NCBI GenBank assembly: GCA_035546335.1
Contig: DATKDP010000016.1
Location: 135,380-199,379, forward strand
From: Thermoanaerobaculia bacterium
GTDB lineage: Bacteria > Acidobacteriota > Thermoanaerobaculia > Gp7-AA8
Length of the DNA: 64,000 nt
Direction: 5' to 3'
In this document: positions 7,604-16,279 of the stretch, piece after piece
How positions within the stretch are numbered: the stretch's first letter is position 1
Layout: every line of letters starts with the position of its first letter
Translations under genes and position numbers: made by a program
Notes under the pieces: model-generated
What the model saw: only the letters and a program-made list of their open reading frames with translations
Databases searched by the model: none
What the model was told of the DNA's origin: nothing

Positions 7604-10252
7604 TCAGGGGTAATACCCCCGGACCGTCTTTGCCTTTCCATCGGTCACTTCCACCGAGACCTGCCGCCATTTCGAGCCGGCCTGCACTCCATCGGGGGGG
7701 TAGAATCCGAGCAGATACTGCGAGCGAAGCTCCTGCTGGATCTCGTTGTAGATCCTGCTGAGGTCGACGACGTTGTCGATGTAGTAGACGTTCCCGCCGG
7801 TCTCGGACGCGAATCGCCCGAACTTGTACCGCGCATCGATCTCGTTGGCCCTGATGCCGATGCCGATTCCGTAGATCGGCACGCTGGTCCGCTTCGCGTA
7901 CTCGAGCGCCTGATCGAACGAGAATCGGGAGGCCGTGTCTTTGCCGTCGGTGATCACGATGAGCGCCCGCTGCCCTTTGATGCTCTGAAAGTTGTAGAGG
8001 GAGAAGACGATCGCATCGTACAGGGCGGTCGCTTCCTCGGCGCGCAGCGAAGCGAGACCGGCGTGAAGGGCCGAAAGCTGCCTGCTCCACTTCTGCAGCA
8101 CGACCGGCTGCGTGTCGAACGAGACGAGAAACGCCTGGTCGCCTGGCTTGAGCACCGACTTCAGGAACTGCGCTCCCGTTTTCTGCGCCTCCGGCATCCG
8201 GTCGCGCATCGACCCGGAACTGTCGATGGCGATGCCGAGCGAGAGCGGGAGATTCTGCACGTACTCGAATTTGGCCAGTTTGACCGTGGTTCCCTCGTCC
8301 TTGACCGTGAAGGCCGATTCGGTCAGCCCGAGCACCGGCCGCCCGCGGCTGATCACAGTGGTCGGAAGCTCGACGAGATGCACTTCGACCTGCTGGAGAA
8401 ACTCGGGAGAGTTCAGGAAGACGACATCCTCCGCCGGCTGCAGGGTCTCGTCCTCGAGCGTTGCGACCGCTCGCAGATAGGCGATTCCGAGATCGGCGGG
8501 AACCCGGATCGTCTGGACGAAGGGTGGAGAGTAGAGGGTCGCCAGCCTCGTCTCGTTCAGATAGAGCTCGATGTTCTCGAGGGTCTTTCCCTCCGGGATC
8601 GACGCATCGATCTCCACGCGCACATTGCCCTGGACGTTGGCGGCGATTCGGGGGGAGACGATGCGCACGCGGAAGGGGTCGGCTCCGACGTTCACGACGA
8701 GCTCGTCTCCACTGACGATTTTTTGATTCGCATCGAGGCCGACCGCGCGAACGCGACGCGCCTGCGGAACCTCGCCGAGATCGAGATTGAGCGCGAAGGG
8801 AGGCGAGCGCTTCACCATGATCTTCTTCCCGTCGAGATAGAACTCGACGGACTTGATCTCTTCGCCCGTGACGATCGTGTCGATGTGATGCAGGCCGGTC
8901 AGCAGGTCGTTGGGCAGCGGAACGAGGCGGAGCCGCGATTCGCCCTCGATGAAGTTGCTCTGGATGCGGGCGATCGTCTCGGCTCCGTCGGCCTTCCGCG
9001 CCGCGAGCGCGGGATCTTCCTGGACCGCAGGGACATCGAGCGTGGCCTCGACGATCGCCTCGGCGCCCGAGTTCGCGTCGATGATCTTGATCCGGGAGAC
9101 ATAGCCGGCAGGGCGCAGAAAACGCTCGATGACGATGGGAATCGTCTCTCCCGCCTGCTCTGCGGGGATGTCGTACTTGTATCGATAGGTCTCGAACATC
9201 TTTCCGTCTTTGAGCACCTCGCCGCTGACGTCGACGTTGTAATAGCCGACTCCATCGATGTCGTTGAGTCGAAGGTGATCGCGGGTGATGGGAATCGTCA
9301 TCTGCACCGAGGTGCGCGCTCCCCGTTTGCCGGGATACCGAGTGGACACCTCACCCGTGACCAGTCTGGGGGCCGCTGGGTTGGAGAGAACCGCCGTGCG
9401 GAGGATCTTGTTGATGTCCTCCTCGTTGACTTTCGGCGGGCTGTAGATCGATTGCAGTTGCGTGGAGTTCTGTTGCGACTGAAACACCGCCGTCAGGATC
9501 TCGCGGCCATCTTTGCAGTCGAAGCCGATTTTGCTCACCCGGGACATGGCGTCGAGCGACTCGAAGAAAACCGCGTTGACGGCTCGCTGGAGGTCGCCTA
9601 GATAGCTGGCGATGATCTCGGTGGAGAGCAGATCCTGGAGCGATTCGTTGGAGCTCCCCATGCCGATCGGCGTCCAGAGCCGGTAGTCGCCTCCGTTGCG
9701 AGGTCTGTAGAAAAGAAGGCGCACGTCGTGTCCTATGCCGGGGATGTGGTGATAGCGCCAGATCTCGAGCGGCTGAAGATAGCGGTCGCACTCGGTGGGC
9801 AGGCGGTCGCCCGGCCGCCCGTGGATCAGGTAGATCTTCGTGCGATCGGACGTCATGTACTTGAACTGTTGTCTCGCTTCCTCCAGCATCTCGCCGTACT
9901 GTTCTCGGTAGTCGTTGTAGGCGCTCTTCGGATCGGGATCGCGCCGCCTCCAGAACTCCTCGATGTAGAGGTCGCGCTGGGCATCCGATTCGAGGAGAAG
10001 AAAGGTGTTGAGCTCGGTCTGGAGCAGGATCGGCTCGACGTCCTTGAGAAACGTCTGATATTTCTCGCTGAGCTTCGCGATCGCGTCCCGTCGCTCGCGC
10101 CGCGACAGCTTCCGCACTCCGGGATCTGCCGTCGGATCGGGCTTCGCGATCTGCGCGGCTTCGGCAGGCGCTGGATTGTTTGCAGCGGCATGGACGTTGA
10201 TGGACGGGAAGATCAGGAAGACCGCTGCTGCTGCGACGAGAATGTTCTTCAT
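7604..10252 (-). CDS. Secreted GWxTD-domain protein with a C-terminal vWA domain
   Basis: Signal peptide MKNILVAAAAVFLIFPSINVHA. GWxTD-like core (EFWRRRDP ... TDRTKIYLIHGRPGDR ... EIWRYHH). vWA MIDAS IAIDSSGSM ... ITDGKDT near the C-terminus. Confidence 0.7.
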   Translation of the reverse strand: MKNILVAAAAVFLIFPSINVHAAANNPAPAEAAQIAKPDPTADPGVRKLSRRERRDAIAKLSEKYQTFLKDVEPILLQTELNTFLLLESDAQRDLYIEEFWRRRDPDPKSAYNDYREQYGEMLEEARQQFKYMTSDRTKIYLIHGRPGDRLPTECDRYLQPLEIWRYHHIPGIGHDVRLLFYRPRNGGDYRLWTPIGMGSSNESLQDLLSTEIIASYLGDLQRAVNAVFFESLDAMSRVSKIGFDCKDGREILTAVFQSQQNSTQLQSIYSPPKVNEEDINKILRTAVLSNPAAPRLVTGEVSTRYPGKRGARTSVQMTIPITRDHLRLNDIDGVGYYNVDVSGEVLKDGKMFETYRYKYDIPAEQAGETIPIVIERFLRPAGYVSRIKIIDANSGAEAIVEATLDVPAVQEDPALAARKADGAETIARIQSNFIEGESRLRLVPLPNDLLTGLHHIDTIVTGEEIKSVEFYLDGKKIMVKRSPPFALNLDLGEVPQARRVRAVGLDANQKIVSGDELVVNVGADPFRVRIVSPRIAANVQGNVRVEIDASIPEGKTLENIELYLNETRLATLYSPPFVQTIRVPADLGIAYLRAVATLEDETLQPAEDVVFLNSPEFLQQVEVHLVELPTTVISRGRPVLGLTESAFTVKDEGTTVKLAKFEYVQNLPLSLGIAIDSSGSMRDRMPEAQKTGAQFLKSVLKPGDQAFLVSFDTQPVVLQKWSRQLSALHAGLASLRAEEATALYDAIVFSLYNFQSIKGQRALIVITDGKDTASRFSFDQALEYAKRTSVPIYGIGIGIRANEIDARYKFGRFASETGGNVYYIDNVVDLSRIYNEIQQELRSQYLLGFYPPDGVQAGSKWRQVSVEVTDGKAKTVRGYYP

Positions 10253-10283
10253 GGTTTCAATGGGCCCCGAAGTTTGGTGAGCA

Positions 10284-11444
10284 ATGCGAATTTACCTCGA
10301 TAACAACGCCACGACTCCAATCCATCCAGCCGTCCTCGAAACGCTCGATCGGACGCTCCGGTCGAGCTGGGGCAACGCATCAAGTATTCATGAAGAAGGC
10401 CAGCGGGCCCGGCGTGAGCTGGAGCAGGCGAGGGAATCCGTTGCTGCTCTCATCCACTGCGAGCCTCGCGAGCTGGTCTTCACGAGCGGCGGCACCGAAT
10501 CGAACAATGCCGCGATCCATGGCTCTGTTGTAGCCTCATTCCCCTCGCAGGCCGGTTACAACATCGTCACAAGTGCCATCGAGCATCCTTCGGTCCTCGA
10601 GCCTCTCCGTGATCTCGAAGCTCGCGGCTGCAGCGTCACGCGCGTTGCACCCGGGCGCGACGGCGCCATCTCCGCCCGCGCCATGATCGATGCGATTTGT
10701 CCCGATACCCGGCTCGTCTGCCTGATGCTGGCCAACAACGAGACCGGAGTCCTGCAGCCGGTGGCCGAGGTGGCCGCAGCCTGTCGCGAGCGGGGCATCC
10801 ACATGCATTGCGACGCCGTGCAGGGAGGAGGGAAGGTCGAAGTCGATGTTCGCCGCCTCGACTGCGATACGCTCTCGCTGTCGGGCCACAAGATGCACGG
10901 GCCGAAGGGAATCGGAGCCCTCTTCGTCCGCCCGGGGACCACGCTCCACCCGCATCTCGCCGGAGGAGCCCAGGAGCGGCGTCGCCGTGCCGGTACCGAG
11001 AACGTCCCGCAGGCGGTTGCGTTCGGCGTCGCGTCTGCGATCGCGTGGCAGGAGACGTCGGTGTGGAGCGAGATCGCGCTCTTGCGCGATCGTCTGGAAA
11101 CAGAGCTGCGGCTGCTGATTCCCGGACTCGTGATCCATGGGGAAGGGACCACCCGCCTGCCCAACACATCGAATCTGCGCTTCCCGGGGGTCGACGCCGA
11201 GGGGCTGGTGATCGCACTCGATCTCCAGGGTGTCGCCGTCTCGACCGGCTCGGCCTGTTCCTCGGGACGCGTCGAGCCGAGCCATGTTCTTCTGCAGATG
11301 GGACTTTCGGAAGAAGACGCGAAGAGCTCGGTTCGCATATCATTGAGCAGGTTCACGGCTGCCGCGGAGATCGATCGCCTGATCGAGCTTCTCGGTGAGC
11401 TCGTTCCGAAAACGCGAAGGGATGCGGCGATACGCGCGAGCTGA
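10284..11444 (+). CDS. Cysteine desulfurase (NifS/IscS family, class V aminotransferase fold)
   Basis: MRIYLDNNATTP ... FTSGGTESNN ... SLSGHKMHGPKGIGALFVR. PLP-Lys in SGHK. Confidence 0.85.
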   Translation: MRIYLDNNATTPIHPAVLETLDRTLRSSWGNASSIHEEGQRARRELEQARESVAALIHCEPRELVFTSGGTESNNAAIHGSVVASFPSQAGYNIVTSAIEHPSVLEPLRDLEARGCSVTRVAPGRDGAISARAMIDAICPDTRLVCLMLANNETGVLQPVAEVAAACRERGIHMHCDAVQGGGKVEVDVRRLDCDTLSLSGHKMHGPKGIGALFVRPGTTLHPHLAGGAQERRRRAGTENVPQAVAFGVASAIAWQETSVWSEIALLRDRLETELRLLIPGLVIHGEGTTRLPNTSNLRFPGVDAEGLVIALDLQGVAVSTGSACSSGRVEPSHVLLQMGLSEEDAKSSVRISLSRFTAAAEIDRLIELLGELVPKTRRDAAIRAS

Positions 11445-12583
11445 TGATGAACGGGCGGAAGATCCTCGAGGGTGACCTCGCCGCTCTGCAGCTTCCCGAC
11501 GTCCTCAGTTTCATTGCGATGATCCGCAAGAGCGGGAAGATGGTCCTGCAGCAGGGATCGCTCGAGCGGACCATTCACTGGAAGGACGGCGAGGTAGCAT
11601 TCGCCACTTCCAATTCACCCGAGCATTCCCTCGGACTCTTTCTTCTTCGAAACGGAAAGATCACTCAGGAGCAGTATGAGGAATCACGGGAGCGAATGAC
11701 TCCGCAGACGCGGCATGGAAAGCTGCTGGTACAGATGGGGGTGATCTCACCGAAGGATCTCTGGTGGGCGGTCAAGAATCAGGTTCTGGAGATCATCTAT
11801 TCGATGTTCACCTGGCGCGACGGGTCGTTCGTCTTTCTCGACGAGGTCGAAGAGATCAGCCAGGAACGAATCATTCTCTCGATCAATCCATCCGTCGTCA
11901 TCATGGAGGGGGTGAGGAGAGTCGATGAAGAGGCGAGAATCCGCGAAAAGATCACCAGTCTGGATATGATCTTCGTCCGCCTGCCCGGGGCCGAGCCGAT
12001 CCTTCCCGACTTCGACATCACGCACGAGGAGGTGCGCCTGTTTCACGAGATCGACGGACATCGCTCGATTCGAGACCTGATCGGCTCGACCGATCTGACC
12101 GAGTTCGAAGTGACACGGATCCTTTTCCAGCTCATCTCCGCGCGTCTGATCGAGCCGGTCTCGCCGGAGAAAAGCGGAAGGCCCGTATTTCTCGATGTCG
12201 AGGACTCACCGGAACTGCTCAAGATCGTTTCCACCTACAACGACATGTTCGATCGTCTCTACGCGACTCTTCAGTCCGCGGTCGGCGAAGAGCGAGCACG
12301 CGAGATCTTCACCAACGTGCTGCAGAGCTCCGATACCGACGAGCTCTGGTCGGGAGTGTTTTTCGACCCTTCCGGGCGGTTCGACGAGAACATGCTGATC
12401 GCCAACATCTCCGAGCTTCCGTTCGAGAAGAGAAAGTCGGTTCTCGACGAAGGGTTGAATACTCTTCTGTCGATTCAGCTCTTCGAGGTGTCGCAGCATC
12501 TCGACGCTGCGACCAAGGTGCAGGTGTTTCGATTCATCTCCGATCAGAAAGCTCAGATCGAGAAAGCGACTGCCGAGTTTTGA
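11444..12583 (+). CDS. DUF4388-domain protein, hypothetical
   Basis: N-terminal GDLAALQLPDVLSFIAMIRKSGKMVL motif typical of DUF4388. Start overlaps the stop of the desulfurase (TGATGATG). Confidence 0.55.
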   Translation: MMNGRKILEGDLAALQLPDVLSFIAMIRKSGKMVLQQGSLERTIHWKDGEVAFATSNSPEHSLGLFLLRNGKITQEQYEESRERMTPQTRHGKLLVQMGVISPKDLWWAVKNQVLEIIYSMFTWRDGSFVFLDEVEEISQERIILSINPSVVIMEGVRRVDEEARIREKITSLDMIFVRLPGAEPILPDFDITHEEVRLFHEIDGHRSIRDLIGSTDLTEFEVTRILFQLISARLIEPVSPEKSGRPVFLDVEDSPELLKIVSTYNDMFDRLYATLQSAVGEERAREIFTNVLQSSDTDELWSGVFFDPSGRFDENMLIANISELPFEKRKSVLDEGLNTLLSIQLFEVSQHLDAATKVQVFRFISDQKAQIEKATAEF

Positions 12584-12595
12584 GCGAGGAAACGA

Positions 12596-13396
12596 ATGTG
12601 GCCAACACTTTTCAAAGTCGGTGACATCGAGATCACCACATTCGGGGCGATGATGGCTCTCGCCTTCGTCGTCGGAGGCTGGATTCTCACCCGCCGGTTT
12701 CGCCGTTACGGTCTGGGCGACGACGACGCCTCCTCGATCGTCATCGCCGCCGCGGTCGGAGGCATCCTCGGGGCGAAGATCTACTACGCCATTCTCTATG
12801 GCGACCTCACTCTGGTCTTTTCACGAGCCGGGCTCGTCTGGTACGGCGGCTTCCTCGGAGGCGTGATCGCATCTGCCATCGTCGCCAGGCTCCACAAACT
12901 CCGTTTCCTCGTCGTTGCCGATGCCGCGTCTCCCGGCCTCGCCGTCGGATATGCCCTCGGACGCATCGGCTGCTTTCTTGTCGGCGATGACTATGGAAGA
13001 CCGACGGATGGTTGGTTCGGAGTCGCCTTCCCGAAGGGGGCCCCGCCGACGACAGCTGAGAGTCTGCGCTCGTTCGGCGTCGCCATCGACCCCACACTTC
13101 CCGGCGACGCACTGCTCCGCGTGCATCCGACCCAGCTCTACGAAGCGGCGGCGGCGCTGCTCATCTTCGGAGCTCTGATCGTTTTCGCCCGGCGTCCGCT
13201 CGCTGCGGGGCGGGTGTTCGGCCTCTTCCTCGTGCTCGCCGGAATCGAGCGCTTTCTCGTGGAGATCCTCAGAGCGAAGGATGATCGATTCTTCGGCCCG
13301 CTGACGCTCGCGCAGGCCATCAGCGTTGCCGTCGTCGCGATCGGCATCGTCTTGCTCGTGCGCCGCGAATCGGAGATCATCGACACCAGGGAGTGA
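12596..13396 (+). CDS. lgt: Prolipoprotein diacylglyceryl transferase
   Basis: LVWYGGFLGGVIA ... GYALGRIGCFLVGDDYGRPT ... multi-TM Lgt signature. Confidence 0.9.
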   Translation: MWPTLFKVGDIEITTFGAMMALAFVVGGWILTRRFRRYGLGDDDASSIVIAAAVGGILGAKIYYAILYGDLTLVFSRAGLVWYGGFLGGVIASAIVARLHKLRFLVVADAASPGLAVGYALGRIGCFLVGDDYGRPTDGWFGVAFPKGAPPTTAESLRSFGVAIDPTLPGDALLRVHPTQLYEAAAALLIFGALIVFARRPLAAGRVFGLFLVLAGIERFLVEILRAKDDRFFGPLTLAQAISVAVVAIGIVLLVRRESEIIDTRE

Positions 13397-13522
13397 CGCT
13401 GTCTCGCTCACGATGTCGACATGCTGTCATCCCGAGCGGGTGGTGGGCGGGAAGGCGAGGGATCTCCCCTCTGGTCCAATGGAACCGGGGAGTATGCTTG
13501 ACCCGGAGAAATTGCAGACACC

Positions 13523-14692
13523 ATGGCGCATTTCCGCTTCGTGACAGCAGGTGAATCGCACGGTCCCTCACTCACCGTGATCGTCACCGGTGTCCCCGCC
13601 GGTCTGCGCCTCGATCGCGGCCGGATCGACCGTGAGCTCAAACGCCGTCAGCACGGCCACGGACGCGGCGGACGGATGAAGATCGAGAGCGACGAGGCGG
13701 AGATCACCGGCGGCGTCCGCGGTGGCGAAACGCTCGGATCTCCGATCGCGATCTCGATTCGGAACCGCGACTTTGCGGCGTGGGAGAGCGCGATGGGGGT
13801 GTGGGACGTCGATCAGCAAGAGGCCTCCCGCCGCCGCGTTCATGCGCCACGGCCGGGTCACGTCGACCTCGCCGGCGGAATGAAGTACGACCGCCATGAT
13901 CTTCGCGACGTCCTGGAGCGTGCCTCCGCGCGCGAGACTGCGGCCCGCGTCGCCGCGGGAGCCATCGCCAGAGAGCTGCTCCGCTCCTTCGACATCGAAA
14001 TTCGCTCGGGAGTCGTCGCCATCGGAAGGAGCGGCGATCCGCAGTACAGTCCTTCGTGGAGTGAGCTCGTCGCAGTCGACGACGCGTCGCCGTTGCGCGC
14101 CGCCGGAGCCGGCGAAGCGGAGATGGTCGCCGAGGTGGATCGAGCGAGAGAGGCGGGGGAAACGGTCGGAGGTGTGATCGTCGTCGCGGCGCACGGAATC
14201 CCGGTGGGGCTCGGCAGTTACGTTCAATGGGACGAGAAGCTCGACGGCAGAATCGCTCAGGCGATCATGTCGGTCCATGCCGTGAAGGCGGTGTCGATCG
14301 GAACCGGAGTCGCCGCTGCCTCCTCGTGGGGCTCGGAGGTTCATGACGCGATCCACTTCGAGGAGACCAGACGCTATCACCGGCTGACGAACAGAGCGGG
14401 AGGCCTCGAGGGAGGCGTCACCAACGGAGAAGACGTCGTCGTCCGCGCATTCATGAAGCCGATCTCCACGCTGCGCCGCGGCGTTCCCTCGGTCGACATC
14501 GAATCGCGTGAGGCGCAGAGATCGCAATGGGAGCGGAGTGACGTGACTGCGGTCCCCGCCTGCGGCATCGTCTGCGAGGCGATGCTGGCGATCATTCTCG
14601 CCGACGCGATGCGGCAGAAGTTCGGGGGCGACTCCCTCGAGGAGATGCGCCGCAACTACGATGCGTACCTAGAGCAATTACAGCGTTTCTGA
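13523..14692 (+). CDS. aroC: Chorismate synthase
   Basis: FRFVTAGESHGPSLTVIVTGVPAGL ... RRQHGHGRGGRMKIE. Confidence 0.9.
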   Translation: MAHFRFVTAGESHGPSLTVIVTGVPAGLRLDRGRIDRELKRRQHGHGRGGRMKIESDEAEITGGVRGGETLGSPIAISIRNRDFAAWESAMGVWDVDQQEASRRRVHAPRPGHVDLAGGMKYDRHDLRDVLERASARETAARVAAGAIARELLRSFDIEIRSGVVAIGRSGDPQYSPSWSELVAVDDASPLRAAGAGEAEMVAEVDRAREAGETVGGVIVVAAHGIPVGLGSYVQWDEKLDGRIAQAIMSVHAVKAVSIGTGVAAASSWGSEVHDAIHFEETRRYHRLTNRAGGLEGGVTNGEDVVVRAFMKPISTLRRGVPSVDIESREAQRSQWERSDVTAVPACGIVCEAMLAIILADAMRQKFGGDSLEEMRRNYDAYLEQLQRF

Positions 14693-14704
14693 CCGGAGCC
14701 GGCA

Positions 14705-15853
14705 ATGCAGGACGTCATCGACAAGGAGGCGCTGCGCCGGAGCGAGTTCCCCGTCACCGAGCGGCTGATCTATCTCAACCACGCCGCGGTGGGGCCGCTG
14801 CCCCGCTCGACGAGCGAGGCGATGCAGGCGCACGCCGTCGACCAGCGCGACTTCGGTGCGCTCCACTGGCGCGCCTGGATGGCCGCCCACGACGGCTTCC
14901 GCGATCGCGCCGCTCGCCTGATCAACGCTTCGAAGAGCGAGATCGCCATCCTCAAGAACACCTCGGAAGGGCTCTCGTTCGTCGCCGAGGGGTTCCGCTG
15001 GCGCGACGGCGACAACGTCGTCACGACGGACATGGAGTTTCCGTCGAATTACACGCCGTGGAAGCGGCTCGAGAGGCGAGGCGTGGAGTGCCGCCTCGTG
15101 CGCAACCGCGACGGCGGCTTCGATGCGTCCGATATCGAGCGGCTGATCGACGAGCGGACCCGGATCGTCGCGCTCTCCTCCGTCTCGTTCCACAATGGAT
15201 TCGCCCCCGATCTCGACGCCGCCGGCCGGCTCTGCTCTGAGCGCGGAGTCTTCTTCTGCGTCGATGCGATCCAGAGCCTCGGCGCGATCCCGCTCGATGT
15301 CCGTCGCTCGGGAATCTCGTTTCTCGCCGCGGATGGTCACAAGTGGCTCCTCGGGCCGGAGGGGACGGCGATCTTCTTCTGCAGCGAGGAGGCGCGGGAA
15401 CAACTCGATGTTCTCGAGAGCGGCTGGACCAACGTGTTGAGGCACGGGACCTTCATCGACGAGAGCGTGGATCTGCGCGAGGACGGGCGCCGGTTCGAAG
15501 CGGGATCGCTGAACACCAACGGCGTCTACGGGATGAACGCATCACTCGATCTTCTCGAGCGCACCGGCATCGATGCGATCGAGCGCGAAGTGATCCGCCT
15601 GGCGATGCGCATGGCCGATCGGCTCGAAGCGATCGGCTTCGTGATCGGAACGCCGCGCCCGATCCGGTCGGGCATCGTCGCCGCCGCGCCGCCGCCCGGG
15701 GGCGAATCGCTGCTCTTTCTCCACCGCCGCCTCGAGCAGCGCGGCATCGTCTGCGCCCCGCGCGAAGGGATGCTCCGCTTCTCGCCGCACTTCTACAATA
15801 CCGACGACGAGATCGACCGGGTCGTCGAGGCGCTGCGGGAAGAGAGGGAGTGA
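14705..15853 (+). CDS. Class V aminotransferase (selenocysteine lyase / isopenicillin-N epimerase-like)
   Basis: LIYLNHAAVGPLP ... FLAADGHKWLLGPEGTAIFF. PLP-binding Lys in DGHKW. Confidence 0.75.
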   Translation: MQDVIDKEALRRSEFPVTERLIYLNHAAVGPLPRSTSEAMQAHAVDQRDFGALHWRAWMAAHDGFRDRAARLINASKSEIAILKNTSEGLSFVAEGFRWRDGDNVVTTDMEFPSNYTPWKRLERRGVECRLVRNRDGGFDASDIERLIDERTRIVALSSVSFHNGFAPDLDAAGRLCSERGVFFCVDAIQSLGAIPLDVRRSGISFLAADGHKWLLGPEGTAIFFCSEEAREQLDVLESGWTNVLRHGTFIDESVDLREDGRRFEAGSLNTNGVYGMNASLDLLERTGIDAIEREVIRLAMRMADRLEAIGFVIGTPRPIRSGIVAAAPPPGGESLLFLHRRLEQRGIVCAPREGMLRFSPHFYNTDDEIDRVVEALREERE

Positions 15854-15989
15854 AGTGGCCGAACTTTGTCGCGGATGCGACGCGAGGGTCAGGCGTTCTT
15901 GCGATGATCACACCTGGCATCCGCGACAAGTTCGGCTTGTGACCGATCGCGCGGACAGGTGAATCTCGCGACGATCGTTCCCCTCTCCC

Positions 15990-16260
15990 CATCAGCCAAC
16001 CTTACCAGAGGCAGCGACGTGACCATGGGGAGAGGGTCAGGGTGAGGGGCACGGCACAACATGCTGGCGAGTCCTTCGCTCACAGTTCGCCGGGGCCGGA
16101 CGAAGCTGTTCGCCTTCCGAGAGTCGAGCGAGCCTGATGCGGCATCTCGCGGCTCACTGCTTCGTCCCTACGAGAGCCGGAGGGGCACACTCACATGCTT
16201 GCGAGTCCTTCGCCCGCGGGGAGGATCGGAAGAATCGTTGACGGAATGGCCCGATTCCGT
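15990..16260. repeat. Intergenic repeat cluster: 12-bp-stem hairpin (16000-16062), a copy of dispersed repeat module M1 (about 16125-16215), flanked by 23-bp direct repeats (16061-16083 and 16197-16219)
   Basis: CCCCTCTCCCCAT...ATGGGGAGAGGG inverted repeat. CGGACGAAGCTgTTCGC ... TGCTTCGTCCCTACGAG matches the M1 copies at 23582 and 58845. catgctGgcgagtccttcgcTcac vs catgctTgcgagtccttcgcCcgc. Confidence 0.5.
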
Positions 16261-16279
16261 GATCATTCAAATAACAGCC

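Noticed and set aside
7550-9601. 683-aa plus-strand ORF inside the GWxTD-vWA gene
   Set aside because: Antisense artefact. The minus-strand product has a signal peptide, a GWxTD core and a vWA MIDAS.
10556-11578. Long minus-strand ORFs antisense to the cysteine desulfurase
   Set aside because: Low-complexity. They overlap a gene with clear PLP-enzyme motifs.
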